DNA of 64,000 bases from an uncultured Bacteroidaceae bacterium (GTDB taxonomy: Bacteria; Bacteroidota; Bacteroidia; Bacteroidales; SM23-62): the NCBI GenBank assembly GCA_964420035.1, contig CAYQQR010000001.1, positions 41,283-105,282 of the forward strand. Reading direction: 5' to 3'. Both the position numbers and the translations under genes were made by a program. The notes below the pieces were generated by a model. That model worked only from the letters and a program-made list of their open reading frames with translations. It did no database searches and had not been told where the DNA came from. Below are positions 37,738 through 47,122 of the stretch, one piece after another. Within the stretch, counting starts at the first letter, position 1; the number at the start of each line of letters is the position of its first letter.

Positions 37738-37959
37738 ATGCATTTTTTTAACGGACACGGATGGGGCATGGGATGGGGCTGGATCATCGGCCTGGTCCTT
37801 CTTGTGGTCCTGATACTTTTCATTGTGAAACTTGCAAATCAAAGCAACAGGATGCCCCGATCCCCGGAAAAATCCCCGCTGGATATCTTAAAGGAGCGTT
37901 ATGCCCGGGGTGAGATCGATAAAGAGGAATTCGAACAACGCGAGAAAGATCTGAGTTGA
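37738..37959 (+). CDS. SHOCT domain membrane protein
   Basis: 73 aa; Gly/Trp-rich TM segment, then LDILKERYARGEIDKEEFEQREKDL (SHOCT motif). Confidence 0.65.
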   Translation: MHFFNGHGWGMGWGWIIGLVLLVVLILFIVKLANQSNRMPRSPEKSPLDILKERYARGEIDKEEFEQREKDLS

Positions 37960-37975
37960 TCTGAAAATTTTTGAA

Positions 37976-40024
37976 ATGCACGACCATACGGAAAAGCACG
38001 ACAAGCATAAAGACCACCAGGCCCATAAAAAACATCAAGAGTCAGGGCATGATCATGCTTCACATGACCACGGCGGCCACCATGCCATGATGATCCGGGA
38101 TTTTCGCGGGCGTTTCTTTGTCTCGTTAGCCCTTACCATACCCATCCTTGTGCTATCGCCCATGATACAGGAGCTCCTGGGGTACCGGCTGGATGTTCCC
38201 GGCGGGGAATATATTTTATTTGCCCTGTCCACAACCGTGTTTTTTTACGGGGGTTGGCCCTTTTTAACCGGACTGCTAAGCGAACTGAAAGAAAAGAGAC
38301 CGGGTATGATGACCCTGATCGCCGTGGCCATAACGGTGGCCTGGGGTTACAGTACAGCCACTACTTTCGGACTGGAAGGTAAAAAATTCTTCTGGGAGCT
38401 GGCTACCCTGATCGATATAATGCTGCTGGGACACTGGATCGAAATGAAGTCGGTGATGGGTGCCTCCCGTTCACTGGAAAAACTCGTGGAAATGATGCCC
38501 CGTGAAGCGCACCTGATCGATGAAGACGGGAACACAAAGGAGGTTTCCATTGAAGAATTGAATAAGGACCAGGTCGTTTTAATCAAGCCCGGCGAAAAAA
38601 TCCCGGTTGACGGTAAGATCATCGAGGGAAAGAGCCAGGTGAACGAATCCATGATCACCGGGGAGTCCAAACCGGTAGCAAAGGAGACCGAAGATAAGGT
38701 GATCGGCGGAACGATCAACGGGAACGGGTCCCTGAAGGTCAAAATTGAAGAGACCGGAGAAAACGCATACCTCAGTAAAGTTATCGATCTGGTGAGGGAG
38801 GCACAGGAAAAAAAATCAAGATCCCAGAACCTGGCCGACCGGATCGCTTTTTGGCTGACCATCATAGCACTGACCGTAGGGATCGGAACCCTGACCGTGT
38901 GGCTGATCCTCGGACAACCCTTTGTATTTGCCCTGGAACGCATGGCCAGCGTGATGGTGATCACCTGTCCCCATGCCCTGGGATTGGCCGTACCGTTGGT
39001 GGTGGCCATTTCTACCACCCTGTCCGCGCAGAACGGTCTGCTGATCCGTAACCGCACGGCATTTGAAAATTCAAGGAAGATCAGCCTGCTGGCCTTCGAC
39101 AAGACCGGAACCCTGACCAAGGGTGAATTTGGCGTTTCCCGGATAGGGTCCCTGGATGAAGATCTTAAAGATAAAGAGATACTTCAGTTGGCAGTTTCCC
39201 TGGAATCCCGGTCGGAACACCCCCTTGCGGCGGGGATCCTGGAAAGAGCCGAAAAGGATGATGTCAGGATTAAGGAAGTGAATGATTTCAATGCCATCAG
39301 CGGTAAAGGAGTGGAAGGAACGATCGGGGGAACCCGCTACATGGTTGCCGGTACGGGATATCTGAAAGAAAAGAATATTGAACTTCCGGAAAGCACCAAA
39401 GAACAAGAAGGAGAAACAATTGTTTATATGTTGAAAGAAGGCCGGATCATAGGCTTCATCACCCTGGCCGACGAAATAAGGCCGGAATCGGATGATGCAG
39501 TGAAGAAACTCAAAGACCAGGGCATTAAGGTGATCATGATGACCGGGGATCAGGAAAGTGTAGCGAAAAAGGTCAGTGAAGAACTCGGTCTGGATGATTA
39601 TTACGCGGGTATTCTTCCGGAGCAGAAACAGGAGAAAGTGACAGAATTTCAGGAAAAAGGAGAATTTGTTGCCATGACCGGAGATGGCGTGAACGACGCT
39701 CCCGCGCTGGCTACGGCAGATATCGGCATCGCCGTCGGATCGGGTACGGATGTTGCGGCAGAGACCGCGGACATCATCCTGGTGGAAAGCAACCCGCGGG
39801 ATATAGCCAATCTGATTTTATTTGGCAGGAAGACCTATAATAAAATGGTTCAGAATTTTATATGGGCAACGGGCTATAATGTAGTGGCCATTCCCCTGGC
39901 TGCAGGCGTTCTTTTCAGCGCCGGCATCCTGATCTCACCGGCCGTTGGAGCTTTGCTGATGAGCGCCAGCACAGTGGTGGTAGCCTTCAATGCCCAATTG
40001 TTAAGAAGACATTTGAAAAAATAA
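37976..40024 (+). CDS. heavy-metal translocating P1B-type ATPase, CopB-like (His-rich N-terminus, CPH motif)
   Basis: 682 aa; N-terminal MHDHTEKHDKHKDHQAHKKHQESGHDHASHDHGGHH; TM CPH (VITCPHALGLA), DKTGTLT, GDGVNDAPAL. Confidence 0.9.
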   Translation: MHDHTEKHDKHKDHQAHKKHQESGHDHASHDHGGHHAMMIRDFRGRFFVSLALTIPILVLSPMIQELLGYRLDVPGGEYILFALSTTVFFYGGWPFLTGLLSELKEKRPGMMTLIAVAITVAWGYSTATTFGLEGKKFFWELATLIDIMLLGHWIEMKSVMGASRSLEKLVEMMPREAHLIDEDGNTKEVSIEELNKDQVVLIKPGEKIPVDGKIIEGKSQVNESMITGESKPVAKETEDKVIGGTINGNGSLKVKIEETGENAYLSKVIDLVREAQEKKSRSQNLADRIAFWLTIIALTVGIGTLTVWLILGQPFVFALERMASVMVITCPHALGLAVPLVVAISTTLSAQNGLLIRNRTAFENSRKISLLAFDKTGTLTKGEFGVSRIGSLDEDLKDKEILQLAVSLESRSEHPLAAGILERAEKDDVRIKEVNDFNAISGKGVEGTIGGTRYMVAGTGYLKEKNIELPESTKEQEGETIVYMLKEGRIIGFITLADEIRPESDDAVKKLKDQGIKVIMMTGDQESVAKKVSEELGLDDYYAGILPEQKQEKVTEFQEKGEFVAMTGDGVNDAPALATADIGIAVGSGTDVAAETADIILVESNPRDIANLILFGRKTYNKMVQNFIWATGYNVVAIPLAAGVLFSAGILISPAVGALLMSASTVVVAFNAQLLRRHLKK

Positions 40025-40067
40025 TAAACCAATCCAATTTTTTATTAATCTTTAAATATCAAAAATT

Positions 40068-40481
40068 ATGGCAATCCAGGAATTAATCAACGGACTCAAT
40101 GAACAGTTAAACCGAGAAGTTTCCACTTTCCTTCGGTATATGCTTCAGGCCGCTACCATCAAGGGAGCAGAATTTGAACCGGTTCGGCAGATGTACCTCG
40201 AGGAAGTTCAGGACGAAGTGGGACACGCTCAATATCTCTCCAATCAGATCGAGATGCTGGGCGGAACGCCAAAACTCGATCCCGACCTGACCCGTCCTCC
40301 TGGGGATGTTCGTGAAATGCTGAAGAACGATGCCGAACAGGAGGTTAATGATGTTAAAAATTACATGCGCCTGGCCGAACTCGCCGGGAAGGAAGGATTT
40401 TTTGCCCTGAAACTGCAAATGGAAGAACAGGCCGCTGACGAGGACGAACATGGACAGGAGATGAGGAGACTGTTGTCGTAG
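40068..40481 (+). CDS. ferritin-like di-iron domain protein
   Basis: 137 aa; four-helix pattern with E...E..H twice (EEVQDEVGHA; EEQAADEDEHG). Confidence 0.7.
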   Translation: MAIQELINGLNEQLNREVSTFLRYMLQAATIKGAEFEPVRQMYLEEVQDEVGHAQYLSNQIEMLGGTPKLDPDLTRPPGDVREMLKNDAEQEVNDVKNYMRLAELAGKEGFFALKLQMEEQAADEDEHGQEMRRLLS

Positions 40482-40488
40482 AATTTTA

Positions 40489-40577
40489 GTAATTGGTGGA
40501 TATTAAAAAAGGTATTTGTGGTAATTGATGGTTATTTATTGATATTTGTTGTAGAACAATCAATTACCACCAATTAC
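40489..40577. terminator. long AT-rich hairpin region between convergent genes (alternative stems)
   Basis: 12-bp perfect stem 40518-40529/40559-40570 (GTGGTAATTGAT/ATCAATTACCAC); alternative 11-bp pairing 40489-40499/40567-40577. Confidence 0.4.
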
Positions 40578-40611
40578 AATAAATATCTTTCTCCAGAATT
40601 AATGATCCAGA

Positions 40612-41913
40612 TTAATTTCCTGGATCCTGCCCACCATACTCATACCCGACTTCTTCAATCCTGGATTTGACCTCATCCAGGTTGATATCTTCTCCTTCCA
40701 GCACCAGCCGGTTGGCAACGATATCCGCTTCAGCCGATTCTACACCTTTCACCGACCGGGCGGCGTTCTCGACATTGGCCTTGCAATGATTGCAGGTCAT
40801 GCCGTTGACGATCACGTTCATGCTTTTCATGTCCAGACTTAGTTTGTTTTCTGCCTCCTCTGGGTGTCGGAACCAGGACAGGATTTTTGATTTGTATTTG
40901 TTCCACAGGCCATTGATCAATAAAAGCCCCAGCAAAACCGAGGATGCGATCTGCAACCAGCGGGGCAATATCCCATGGGCATGCTCACCTCCATGAATTT
41001 GGTGAATGGCCCGGGTGAACCATTCCTTTGGGAGGAACTGGTTGGTCACGAACCCGAACAGCAGGGCCCCGGTGATGATCGAAAACAGGTAGACCAGCAG
41101 GGTTTTTCTTCCCATAACCTTACCGATTACGGTCATGGTGGCCGCGTTGGTAGCCGGTCCGGCCATCAGGAATACAATAGCGGCCCCGGGAGAAAGACCT
41201 TTCAGCATCAGGGCAGCGGCTATGGGTACCGATCCCGTGGCACATACATACAGGGGTACGGCAGCCACCAGCACCAGCAGCATCTCCAGCCAGGGATTGC
41301 CCAGGTACAGGGTAAAGAAATTATCCGGGACAAGGACGGAGATCAGGGCCGCGATCAGCAGACCAATAAGCAGCCACTGGGCAATGTCTTCAATGAATTC
41401 GACAAAAGCATAGCGAATCATACCCCGCGGGGAACGATCCTTGTTTGCATCCTGCTCCATGTCTTGCTGAAGGGCAGATTCAGCATTCTTTTCTTTCTTG
41501 TCCGTGAAATTAGAAACGATACCTCCGTAAATTCCCGTGATGAATGCGATGATGGGTTTAATGATGGCCATGGGTAAACCAAGAAGCGAATAGGTGACCA
41601 GGATAGAGTCGATACCGGTCTGGGGCGTGGAGATCAAAAAGCTAACCGAGGATCCCTTGGATGCACCGGAGCGGTAAAAAGAAATACCCGTGGGAATTAC
41701 ACCGCAGCTGCAAAGGGGAAGGGGAACCCCGATGACCGAAGCGTTCAATACCGAGATCCGGTTTTGCCGCCCCAGGTAACGGTACACCTTCTTTTTTGGG
41801 AAGTAGATATAGAGTATCCCGGCAAACAAAAATCCCAGCAAAAGATAAAAGGACATTTCATGGCCTATGCTTACCAGGTCCCTGAAAAATATGTTCACAT
41901 ATTCCAACATCAC
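40612..41913 (-). CDS. permease (SO_0444-type putative Cu/Zn efflux transporter) fused to a C-terminal HMA domain
   Basis: 433 aa; polytopic with PLCSCGVIP motif; C-terminal VNGMTCNHCKANVE HMA metal site. Confidence 0.75.
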   Translation of the reverse strand: MMLEYVNIFFRDLVSIGHEMSFYLLLGFLFAGILYIYFPKKKVYRYLGRQNRISVLNASVIGVPLPLCSCGVIPTGISFYRSGASKGSSVSFLISTPQTGIDSILVTYSLLGLPMAIIKPIIAFITGIYGGIVSNFTDKKEKNAESALQQDMEQDANKDRSPRGMIRYAFVEFIEDIAQWLLIGLLIAALISVLVPDNFFTLYLGNPWLEMLLVLVAAVPLYVCATGSVPIAAALMLKGLSPGAAIVFLMAGPATNAATMTVIGKVMGRKTLLVYLFSIITGALLFGFVTNQFLPKEWFTRAIHQIHGGEHAHGILPRWLQIASSVLLGLLLINGLWNKYKSKILSWFRHPEEAENKLSLDMKSMNVIVNGMTCNHCKANVENAARSVKGVESAEADIVANRLVLEGEDINLDEVKSRIEEVGYEYGGQDPGN

Positions 41914-42830
41914 TACAAGCCTTCGTCATTGATCATACTCTTATTATCGCCACAACCGTATTCAAGTTGCAAGGTAACATGATGAACACTATATTTTTCA
42001 ACAAGCATTTCCTCGATTTGTTCCCTTATCTTTTCCGCTTCACTGATTCGTATATCGCGGGAGAGATCAATATGAGCCTCAAAATGCACCTGCTGATCGG
42101 TCAGTTTCCATGCATGGATATGGTGGATGTTTTTGACGTCTTTTATTTTCTCCACGGTGGTTTTGATATTGTTTAAATCAAGATCCCGGGGTGTAGTTTG
42201 CATCAGGATACCAAAACTTTCCTTGATGATCTTAATGGCTTCATAAAGGATATATATCCCGATAAATATGGTGACCAAAGGGTCAATCCAGTATAGATTG
42301 AAGAAAAGGATTAAAATACCCCCGGCGATAACAGCAATAGAAGATAAGGTGTCCCCGAGCAGGTGGAGATAAGCTGCTTTAACATTGATGTTGCTGGAAG
42401 AATCGGCATGCAGAAGAAGCACGGCGACAAGGTTGGCCAGAAAACCAACGGTAGCAACTCCCAGCATGATCCCTCCTTTAATTTCGGATGGCTCAACAAA
42501 GCGACGATACGCTTCAATGAACAGGTAGATGGTTATAACGATCAGTACCACCGCGTTGAGCAGTGCCGCGATGATCTCAACGCGCTTGTACCCGAAAGTA
42601 CTTACCGGACTGGATTTTATTTCCGCGATCCGGTTGGCGACATAAGCCAGAAAAACTGCAATGGTGTCCCCAAGATTATGCAGGGCATCCGATAGCAGAG
42701 CCAGGCTGTTACTCAACAGTCCTCCAATGACCTCGGCAATGGTAATGATAAGGTTCAGGAGTGTGGCCCAGAGAAGGCGTTTTCTCCTGATAGGATTCTT
42801 CTTGGTTGAACTTTGAGCGTGCATGATCAA
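41913..42830 (-). CDS. cation diffusion facilitator transporter (CzcD/ZitB-like)
   Basis: 305 aa; LLSDALHNLGDT and HLLGDTLSS motifs; C-terminal cytoplasmic domain; start overlaps the downstream gene by 1 nt. Confidence 0.85.
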   Translation of the reverse strand: MIMHAQSSTKKNPIRRKRLLWATLLNLIITIAEVIGGLLSNSLALLSDALHNLGDTIAVFLAYVANRIAEIKSSPVSTFGYKRVEIIAALLNAVVLIVITIYLFIEAYRRFVEPSEIKGGIMLGVATVGFLANLVAVLLLHADSSSNINVKAAYLHLLGDTLSSIAVIAGGILILFFNLYWIDPLVTIFIGIYILYEAIKIIKESFGILMQTTPRDLDLNNIKTTVEKIKDVKNIHHIHAWKLTDQQVHFEAHIDLSRDIRISEAEKIREQIEEMLVEKYSVHHVTLQLEYGCGDNKSMINDEGL

Positions 42831-42840
42831 AGATCGATTC

Positions 42841-43659
42841 TCAGGGGATGAACAATAATAAACTAAGAGCCATGACCGCCATTCCGGTAATCAAACCGTA
42901 TACCGAAAGGTGATGATGTCCATATTCCCTTGCTGTGGGAAGGAGTTCGTCAATGGATATAAAGACCATGATGCCGGCTACTCCGCCAAACAAAAAGCCC
43001 ATGACACTGTCGTTAAAAATAAAATAAAGCAGGAAATAACCGATCAGCGCACCAAGCGGTTCTGCCAAACCGGAGAGGAATGACAGCAGGAAAGCTTTTC
43101 TTCTTTTTCCGGTAGCATAATAAATGGGAATGGATACGGCAATGCCTTCAGGTATGTTGTGAATGGCAATGGCAATGGCGATAGGAATGGCAATCTTCAC
43201 GTCTGCCAGCCCGGCTGCAAAGGTGGCCAACCCTTCCGGGAAATTGTGAATGGCAATGGCCAGGGCAGTAAATAAACCCACGCGCATCAAACCCTGACGG
43301 TTGATGAAAGACTTGCCCTTGCTGTCAATTTCTTCAACCCGGTGTATTTCATGTGGATTGTCATATTCGGGAATGATATGATCAATCAGGGCAATCAGGA
43401 TCATCCCTGCAAAAAATGAGATAACTACAAGCCAGTTGCCCAGGGATTCACCATGTGTCAGGGTCAGCAAATCCCTGGATTTCTTGAGTATCTCGGCGAA
43501 GGAAACATAGATCATTACGCCTCCCGAAAATCCCAAGGCCGCGGAAAGGAACCTGGTGCTTGTCGACTTGGTGAAAAAAGCCAGAGCGCTTCCTATTCCG
43601 GTAGATAAACCGGCAAATACAGTAAGTCCGAAAGCCAACCAAAAATTGTCTGCTTGCAT
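42841..43659 (-). CDS. zupT: ZIP family zinc transporter ZupT
   Basis: 272 aa; HNFPEGLA and HNIPEGIAV motifs, 8 TM pattern. Confidence 0.85.
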   Translation of the reverse strand: MQADNFWLAFGLTVFAGLSTGIGSALAFFTKSTSTRFLSAALGFSGGVMIYVSFAEILKKSRDLLTLTHGESLGNWLVVISFFAGMILIALIDHIIPEYDNPHEIHRVEEIDSKGKSFINRQGLMRVGLFTALAIAIHNFPEGLATFAAGLADVKIAIPIAIAIAIHNIPEGIAVSIPIYYATGKRRKAFLLSFLSGLAEPLGALIGYFLLYFIFNDSVMGFLFGGVAGIMVFISIDELLPTAREYGHHHLSVYGLITGMAVMALSLLLFIP

Positions 43660-43721
43660 GTTTCCCCGCCCTCCTTTAGCTTATTTTCGAGCTGCAAAAT
43701 AAATGCTTATTTGTGATTTTT

Positions 43722-44216
43722 TCAATTTCTGAGAACCTTAATCCAGGAACGCAAACGTTTTTCAGTTAATTCAGGCTGATTGACTTCATCCAGCGGCAGG
43801 CCGACAAACTTTCCATCACGCAGGGCAAAGGATCTTTCAAAACGGTACCCTTCAGAAGGGATGTTCCCGACCAGCCTGCAATTTTTTTCTTTCAGAAAAT
43901 CAAATAATAAACCCATGGCGTCACAAAAAGTAAATGGATACGATTCCTGGTCGCCCAGACCAAAAATTGCGGCCTTTTTATCTTTCAGCTCTGCTTTTTC
44001 CAGTTTGGATAAAAATTCCTCCCATTCATCCGGCATGGCACCAATGCCCCAGGTAGAGATACCGAAGATCAGCAGATCAAAAGAAGCCAGGGATGCAACA
44101 GTGTTTTCCTCAATATCAATCAAGGTGACCTCAGGCGGAGCCAGCATCTTTGCTAATCTCAACGCTACGGATTCCGTCATTCCGCTCGGTGATCCATATA
44201 AAATGACTGCAGGCAT
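43722..44216 (-). CDS. flavodoxin
   Basis: 164 aa; FMN-phosphate loop YGSPSGMTE, WGIGAMPDEW region. Confidence 0.85.
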   Translation of the reverse strand: MPAVILYGSPSGMTESVALRLAKMLAPPEVTLIDIEENTVASLASFDLLIFGISTWGIGAMPDEWEEFLSKLEKAELKDKKAAIFGLGDQESYPFTFCDAMGLLFDFLKEKNCRLVGNIPSEGYRFERSFALRDGKFVGLPLDEVNQPELTEKRLRSWIKVLRN

Positions 44217-44230
44217 TAAATTGGAATCAT

Positions 44231-44325
44231 TCTAATCTCTATGGGGTTAGTTCCCCGAAGCTCTGCTTCGAGAAGAAGTATTAATTTTGTTAATACCTCG
44301 TGGCTCTGCCGCGAGGTAGTTTATA
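44231..44325 (-). repeat. intergenic hairpin-module repeat, type R1 (copy 2, inverted)
   Basis: Exact reverse complement of 14384-14478; begins 15 nt upstream of the flavodoxin ATG (44216). Confidence 0.9.
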
Positions 44326-44374
44326 TAAACAAATGTAAAAAAACCGGGTAGAAAAGGAGCAATCCGGTAAAATA

Positions 44375-45196
44375 TCATTCCTTTTTGTTTACCACGATAG
44401 CTTCGGGCTTTTTTCTTGAAACATAGATCAGTATACCCAATCCCAAAAGGAAAAAGGGAATACTCAATATTTGTCCCATATTCAGGACCATGTCACTTTC
44501 GAAGGGAACCTGGGGTTCCTTGATGAATTCAATAAAAAAACGCATGCCAAATACCCCGATCAGGAAAATACCGAACAATAAACCCGGTCGCATCCCGGCA
44601 TCTGACCTCAGGTAGATACGGTGCAGAATGATATAAATAATAAGGTAAGACAAGGATTCATAGATCTGGGTAGGATGTTTGGGAACGATTTCCCCTCTTT
44701 GTTCGAAGATGAATCCCCAGGGTAAATCGGTTTGCACTCCGTAGATCTCACTGTTCATAAGATTTCCGAATCGGATGAATGCTCCGGCAAGGGCAACGAC
44801 GATCACGATACGGTCAAGAATCCAGATAAAAGGGAACTTGTACTTTCTGATGAAAAGCCAAAGGGCCAGGAGAATACCGATGGCGGCGCCATGACTGGCC
44901 AGTCCGCCCCGCCAGATCTTCAATATCTCAACGGGATTGTTCAGATAATATTCGGGTTCATAAAAAAAGCAATGGCCCAAACGTGCACCCAAAATGGTTC
45001 CGACCGCCATATAGATGGTCAGCTTATCCAAAAGGTCCACATTCAGGTTTTCTTTTTTGAATACGCGCAGGAAGATCCAATAACCTATCAAAAAGGAGGA
45101 GGCAAAAAGTAAACCATACCAATGAATGGCAAAATTACCAATACTGAAGATCTCTTTATCGACGTTCCAGCTAATGGCCGCGGGGATCATAGGCAA
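44375..45196 (-). CDS. lgt: prolipoprotein diacylglyceryl transferase
   Basis: 273 aa; HWYGLLFASSF, GARLGH, RFGNLMNSEIYG, HPTQIYES motifs. Confidence 0.92.
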   Translation of the reverse strand: MPMIPAAISWNVDKEIFSIGNFAIHWYGLLFASSFLIGYWIFLRVFKKENLNVDLLDKLTIYMAVGTILGARLGHCFFYEPEYYLNNPVEILKIWRGGLASHGAAIGILLALWLFIRKYKFPFIWILDRIVIVVALAGAFIRFGNLMNSEIYGVQTDLPWGFIFEQRGEIVPKHPTQIYESLSYLIIYIILHRIYLRSDAGMRPGLLFGIFLIGVFGMRFFIEFIKEPQVPFESDMVLNMGQILSIPFFLLGLGILIYVSRKKPEAIVVNKKE

Positions 45197-45298
45197 AGAT
45201 TTTGGTCTTCGAAAGTAATAATTTTTTTTCTTTTCGTTCTTCTATGGAGCAGGGAACAGCAGTTCATTCACTGTTTTCTTGCTATGTTTGTATTCCGG

Positions 45299-47122
45299 AT
45301 GAATAAAAGCATTATAGGTATTTATGGTTTTGTCCTGGGAGCCTTGGCGCTCCTGGTCCTTCCGCGTTGTGCCAAAGTTGGCATGCCATCCGGTGGACTT
45401 AAGGATTCATTGCCTCCTGTTCCTGTTAAGGCCGACCCGCCCAATTACAGCATAAATTTCAGCAGCAACCGTATCGATGTACAGTTCAATGAATTTATCC
45501 AGTTAAAGAATGTAAACCGAGAACTGATCATATCTCCTCCACTGGAAAAAGATCCCGTTGTGCGGCTCAGGGGCAAGGGCTTTGTGGTGGACCTTGATGC
45601 CGAACTCAGGGACAGCACAACCTATACCCTGAATTTCGGCAATGCAGTGGCCGACAATAATGAAGGGAATGTACGGGTCAATTATGAATATGTTTTTTCA
45701 ACAGGAAGTTACCTGGATTCTCTTTTCATCCAAGGAAAGATCCTGCACGCATTTACACATAAACCCCCGGAGGAACCCTTCTTCATCAACCTGTACCGCT
45801 CGCTGGAAGATTCGGTTCCACTAAAAGAAGCTCCGGACTTTATCAGTAAAAGCCGGGAAGAAGGAACTTTTGCCATCAATAATCTCTTGTCCGATACTTT
45901 TCGCTTGTTTGCCCTCATAGATGCGAATTTTAACCTGATCTACGATATACGCGAAGAACCCATTGCTTTTCTGGATTCAAATATTATCCTGAACCCCGAA
46001 GATTTTAAGCTGCCTCCCCTTCCCGATACCAGCCTTTTAACCGCTGACACCATACAAAGCGGTCTTACTGCAGACAGCCTGGTTCAGGACAGCATCAGAC
46101 AATTAAAAAGAAAACGGGGTTTACCCGAACTGGTATTGTATTTCTTTACAGCTGAGCCGGAAATACAATACATTACGGATTATACCCGTACGAAGGAGGA
46201 CCAGCTGACCATCCTTTTTAACCGGCCCCCGCGGGGTGAAGTTGACTTCCGGGCCCTGAATATCCCCGACAGCAACTGGTACATCCGGGAACCCTCTTTA
46301 CTGGGCGACACAATTAGTCTGTGGGTGGTTGATTCCCAGGCAGTGGCAATGGATTCCATCGAGCTGGCTTTTCATTATTACAAAACGGATTCTTTTTTGA
46401 ATTTGCAAGCCTTTACAGACACCTTAATATTCCAATATTTTGAAGGTTCGAAAGCGTCCGGTAAAAAACGAAGTGAAAGTGCGCAAGCGACGGAAAGCCC
46501 CTTTAATCTGAATGTCACAACGATACCCAGAAAAGGCGGGGTTCTCGACATGAACCGGGAGTATACCTTCCGGTTTCCCAGGCCCCCTCGATCCTATGAT
46601 ACCAGTCTTATGGACTTTTTCCGCGTAGAAGACACTTTGCAGATTCCTGAACTTCCAGTATTGTACCGGAAAGAAAACAAACCCCTGGACCTTTACTTAA
46701 AATTGAGACAGGAGGGAGGGGAACAATACAAACTCGACCTTTATCCCGGCGCCTTCCGGGATTACCTGGGCAATACCAATGACACGACGCAATTGACATT
46801 CAGTGTTCAGGTTCCGGAACATTATGGAAGTATATTTCTGAACCTGGGCGGATTGAAAAAGCGTTCCGTCATACAATTACTGGATAAAAGCGACAAGCCG
46901 GTCAGGCAGAAACCCGCCTTGATGGATGGGAGCATTGAGTTCCCCTTTCTGGAACCGGGGGAATACCGGTTTCGCCTGTTCTATGATCCCAATGCCAACG
47001 AGCGCTGGGATACGGGTGATTACCTGGAGAAGAAGCAACCGGAAAGAGCATTTCACTTCGAACAATTTGTCAATGTACGGGCCAATTGGGATCTGGAAGT
47101 AAGCTGGGACCTTCAGGAATAA
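45299..47122 (+). CDS. lipoprotein with Ig-like (SbsA/Big_5-type) N-terminal domain, function unknown
   Basis: Start moved to ATG 45299 (MNKSIIGIYGFVLGALALLVLPRCAK, lipobox) because the longer ORF overlaps lgt; N-terminal PPVPVKADPPNYSINFSSNRIDVQFNEFI pattern. Confidence 0.5.
   Translation: MNKSIIGIYGFVLGALALLVLPRCAKVGMPSGGLKDSLPPVPVKADPPNYSINFSSNRIDVQFNEFIQLKNVNRELIISPPLEKDPVVRLRGKGFVVDLDAELRDSTTYTLNFGNAVADNNEGNVRVNYEYVFSTGSYLDSLFIQGKILHAFTHKPPEEPFFINLYRSLEDSVPLKEAPDFISKSREEGTFAINNLLSDTFRLFALIDANFNLIYDIREEPIAFLDSNIILNPEDFKLPPLPDTSLLTADTIQSGLTADSLVQDSIRQLKRKRGLPELVLYFFTAEPEIQYITDYTRTKEDQLTILFNRPPRGEVDFRALNIPDSNWYIREPSLLGDTISLWVVDSQAVAMDSIELAFHYYKTDSFLNLQAFTDTLIFQYFEGSKASGKKRSESAQATESPFNLNVTTIPRKGGVLDMNREYTFRFPRPPRSYDTSLMDFFRVEDTLQIPELPVLYRKENKPLDLYLKLRQEGGEQYKLDLYPGAFRDYLGNTNDTTQLTFSVQVPEHYGSIFLNLGGLKKRSVIQLLDKSDKPVRQKPALMDGSIEFPFLEPGEYRFRLFYDPNANERWDTGDYLEKKQPERAFHFEQFVNVRANWDLEVSWDLQE

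Noticed and set aside
43697-43712. AAATAA-ATGC-TTATTT palindrome upstream of zupT as a Zur-type box
   Set aside because: The arms are only 6-bp, AT-only, in an AT-rich spacer, so chance occurrence is likely. I know no consensus for this lineage to compare against.
45122-45298. N-terminal extension of the Ig-like lipoprotein ORF
   Set aside because: It overlaps the lgt 5' end on the opposite strand. The internal ATG at 45299 gives a signal peptide with a lipobox.
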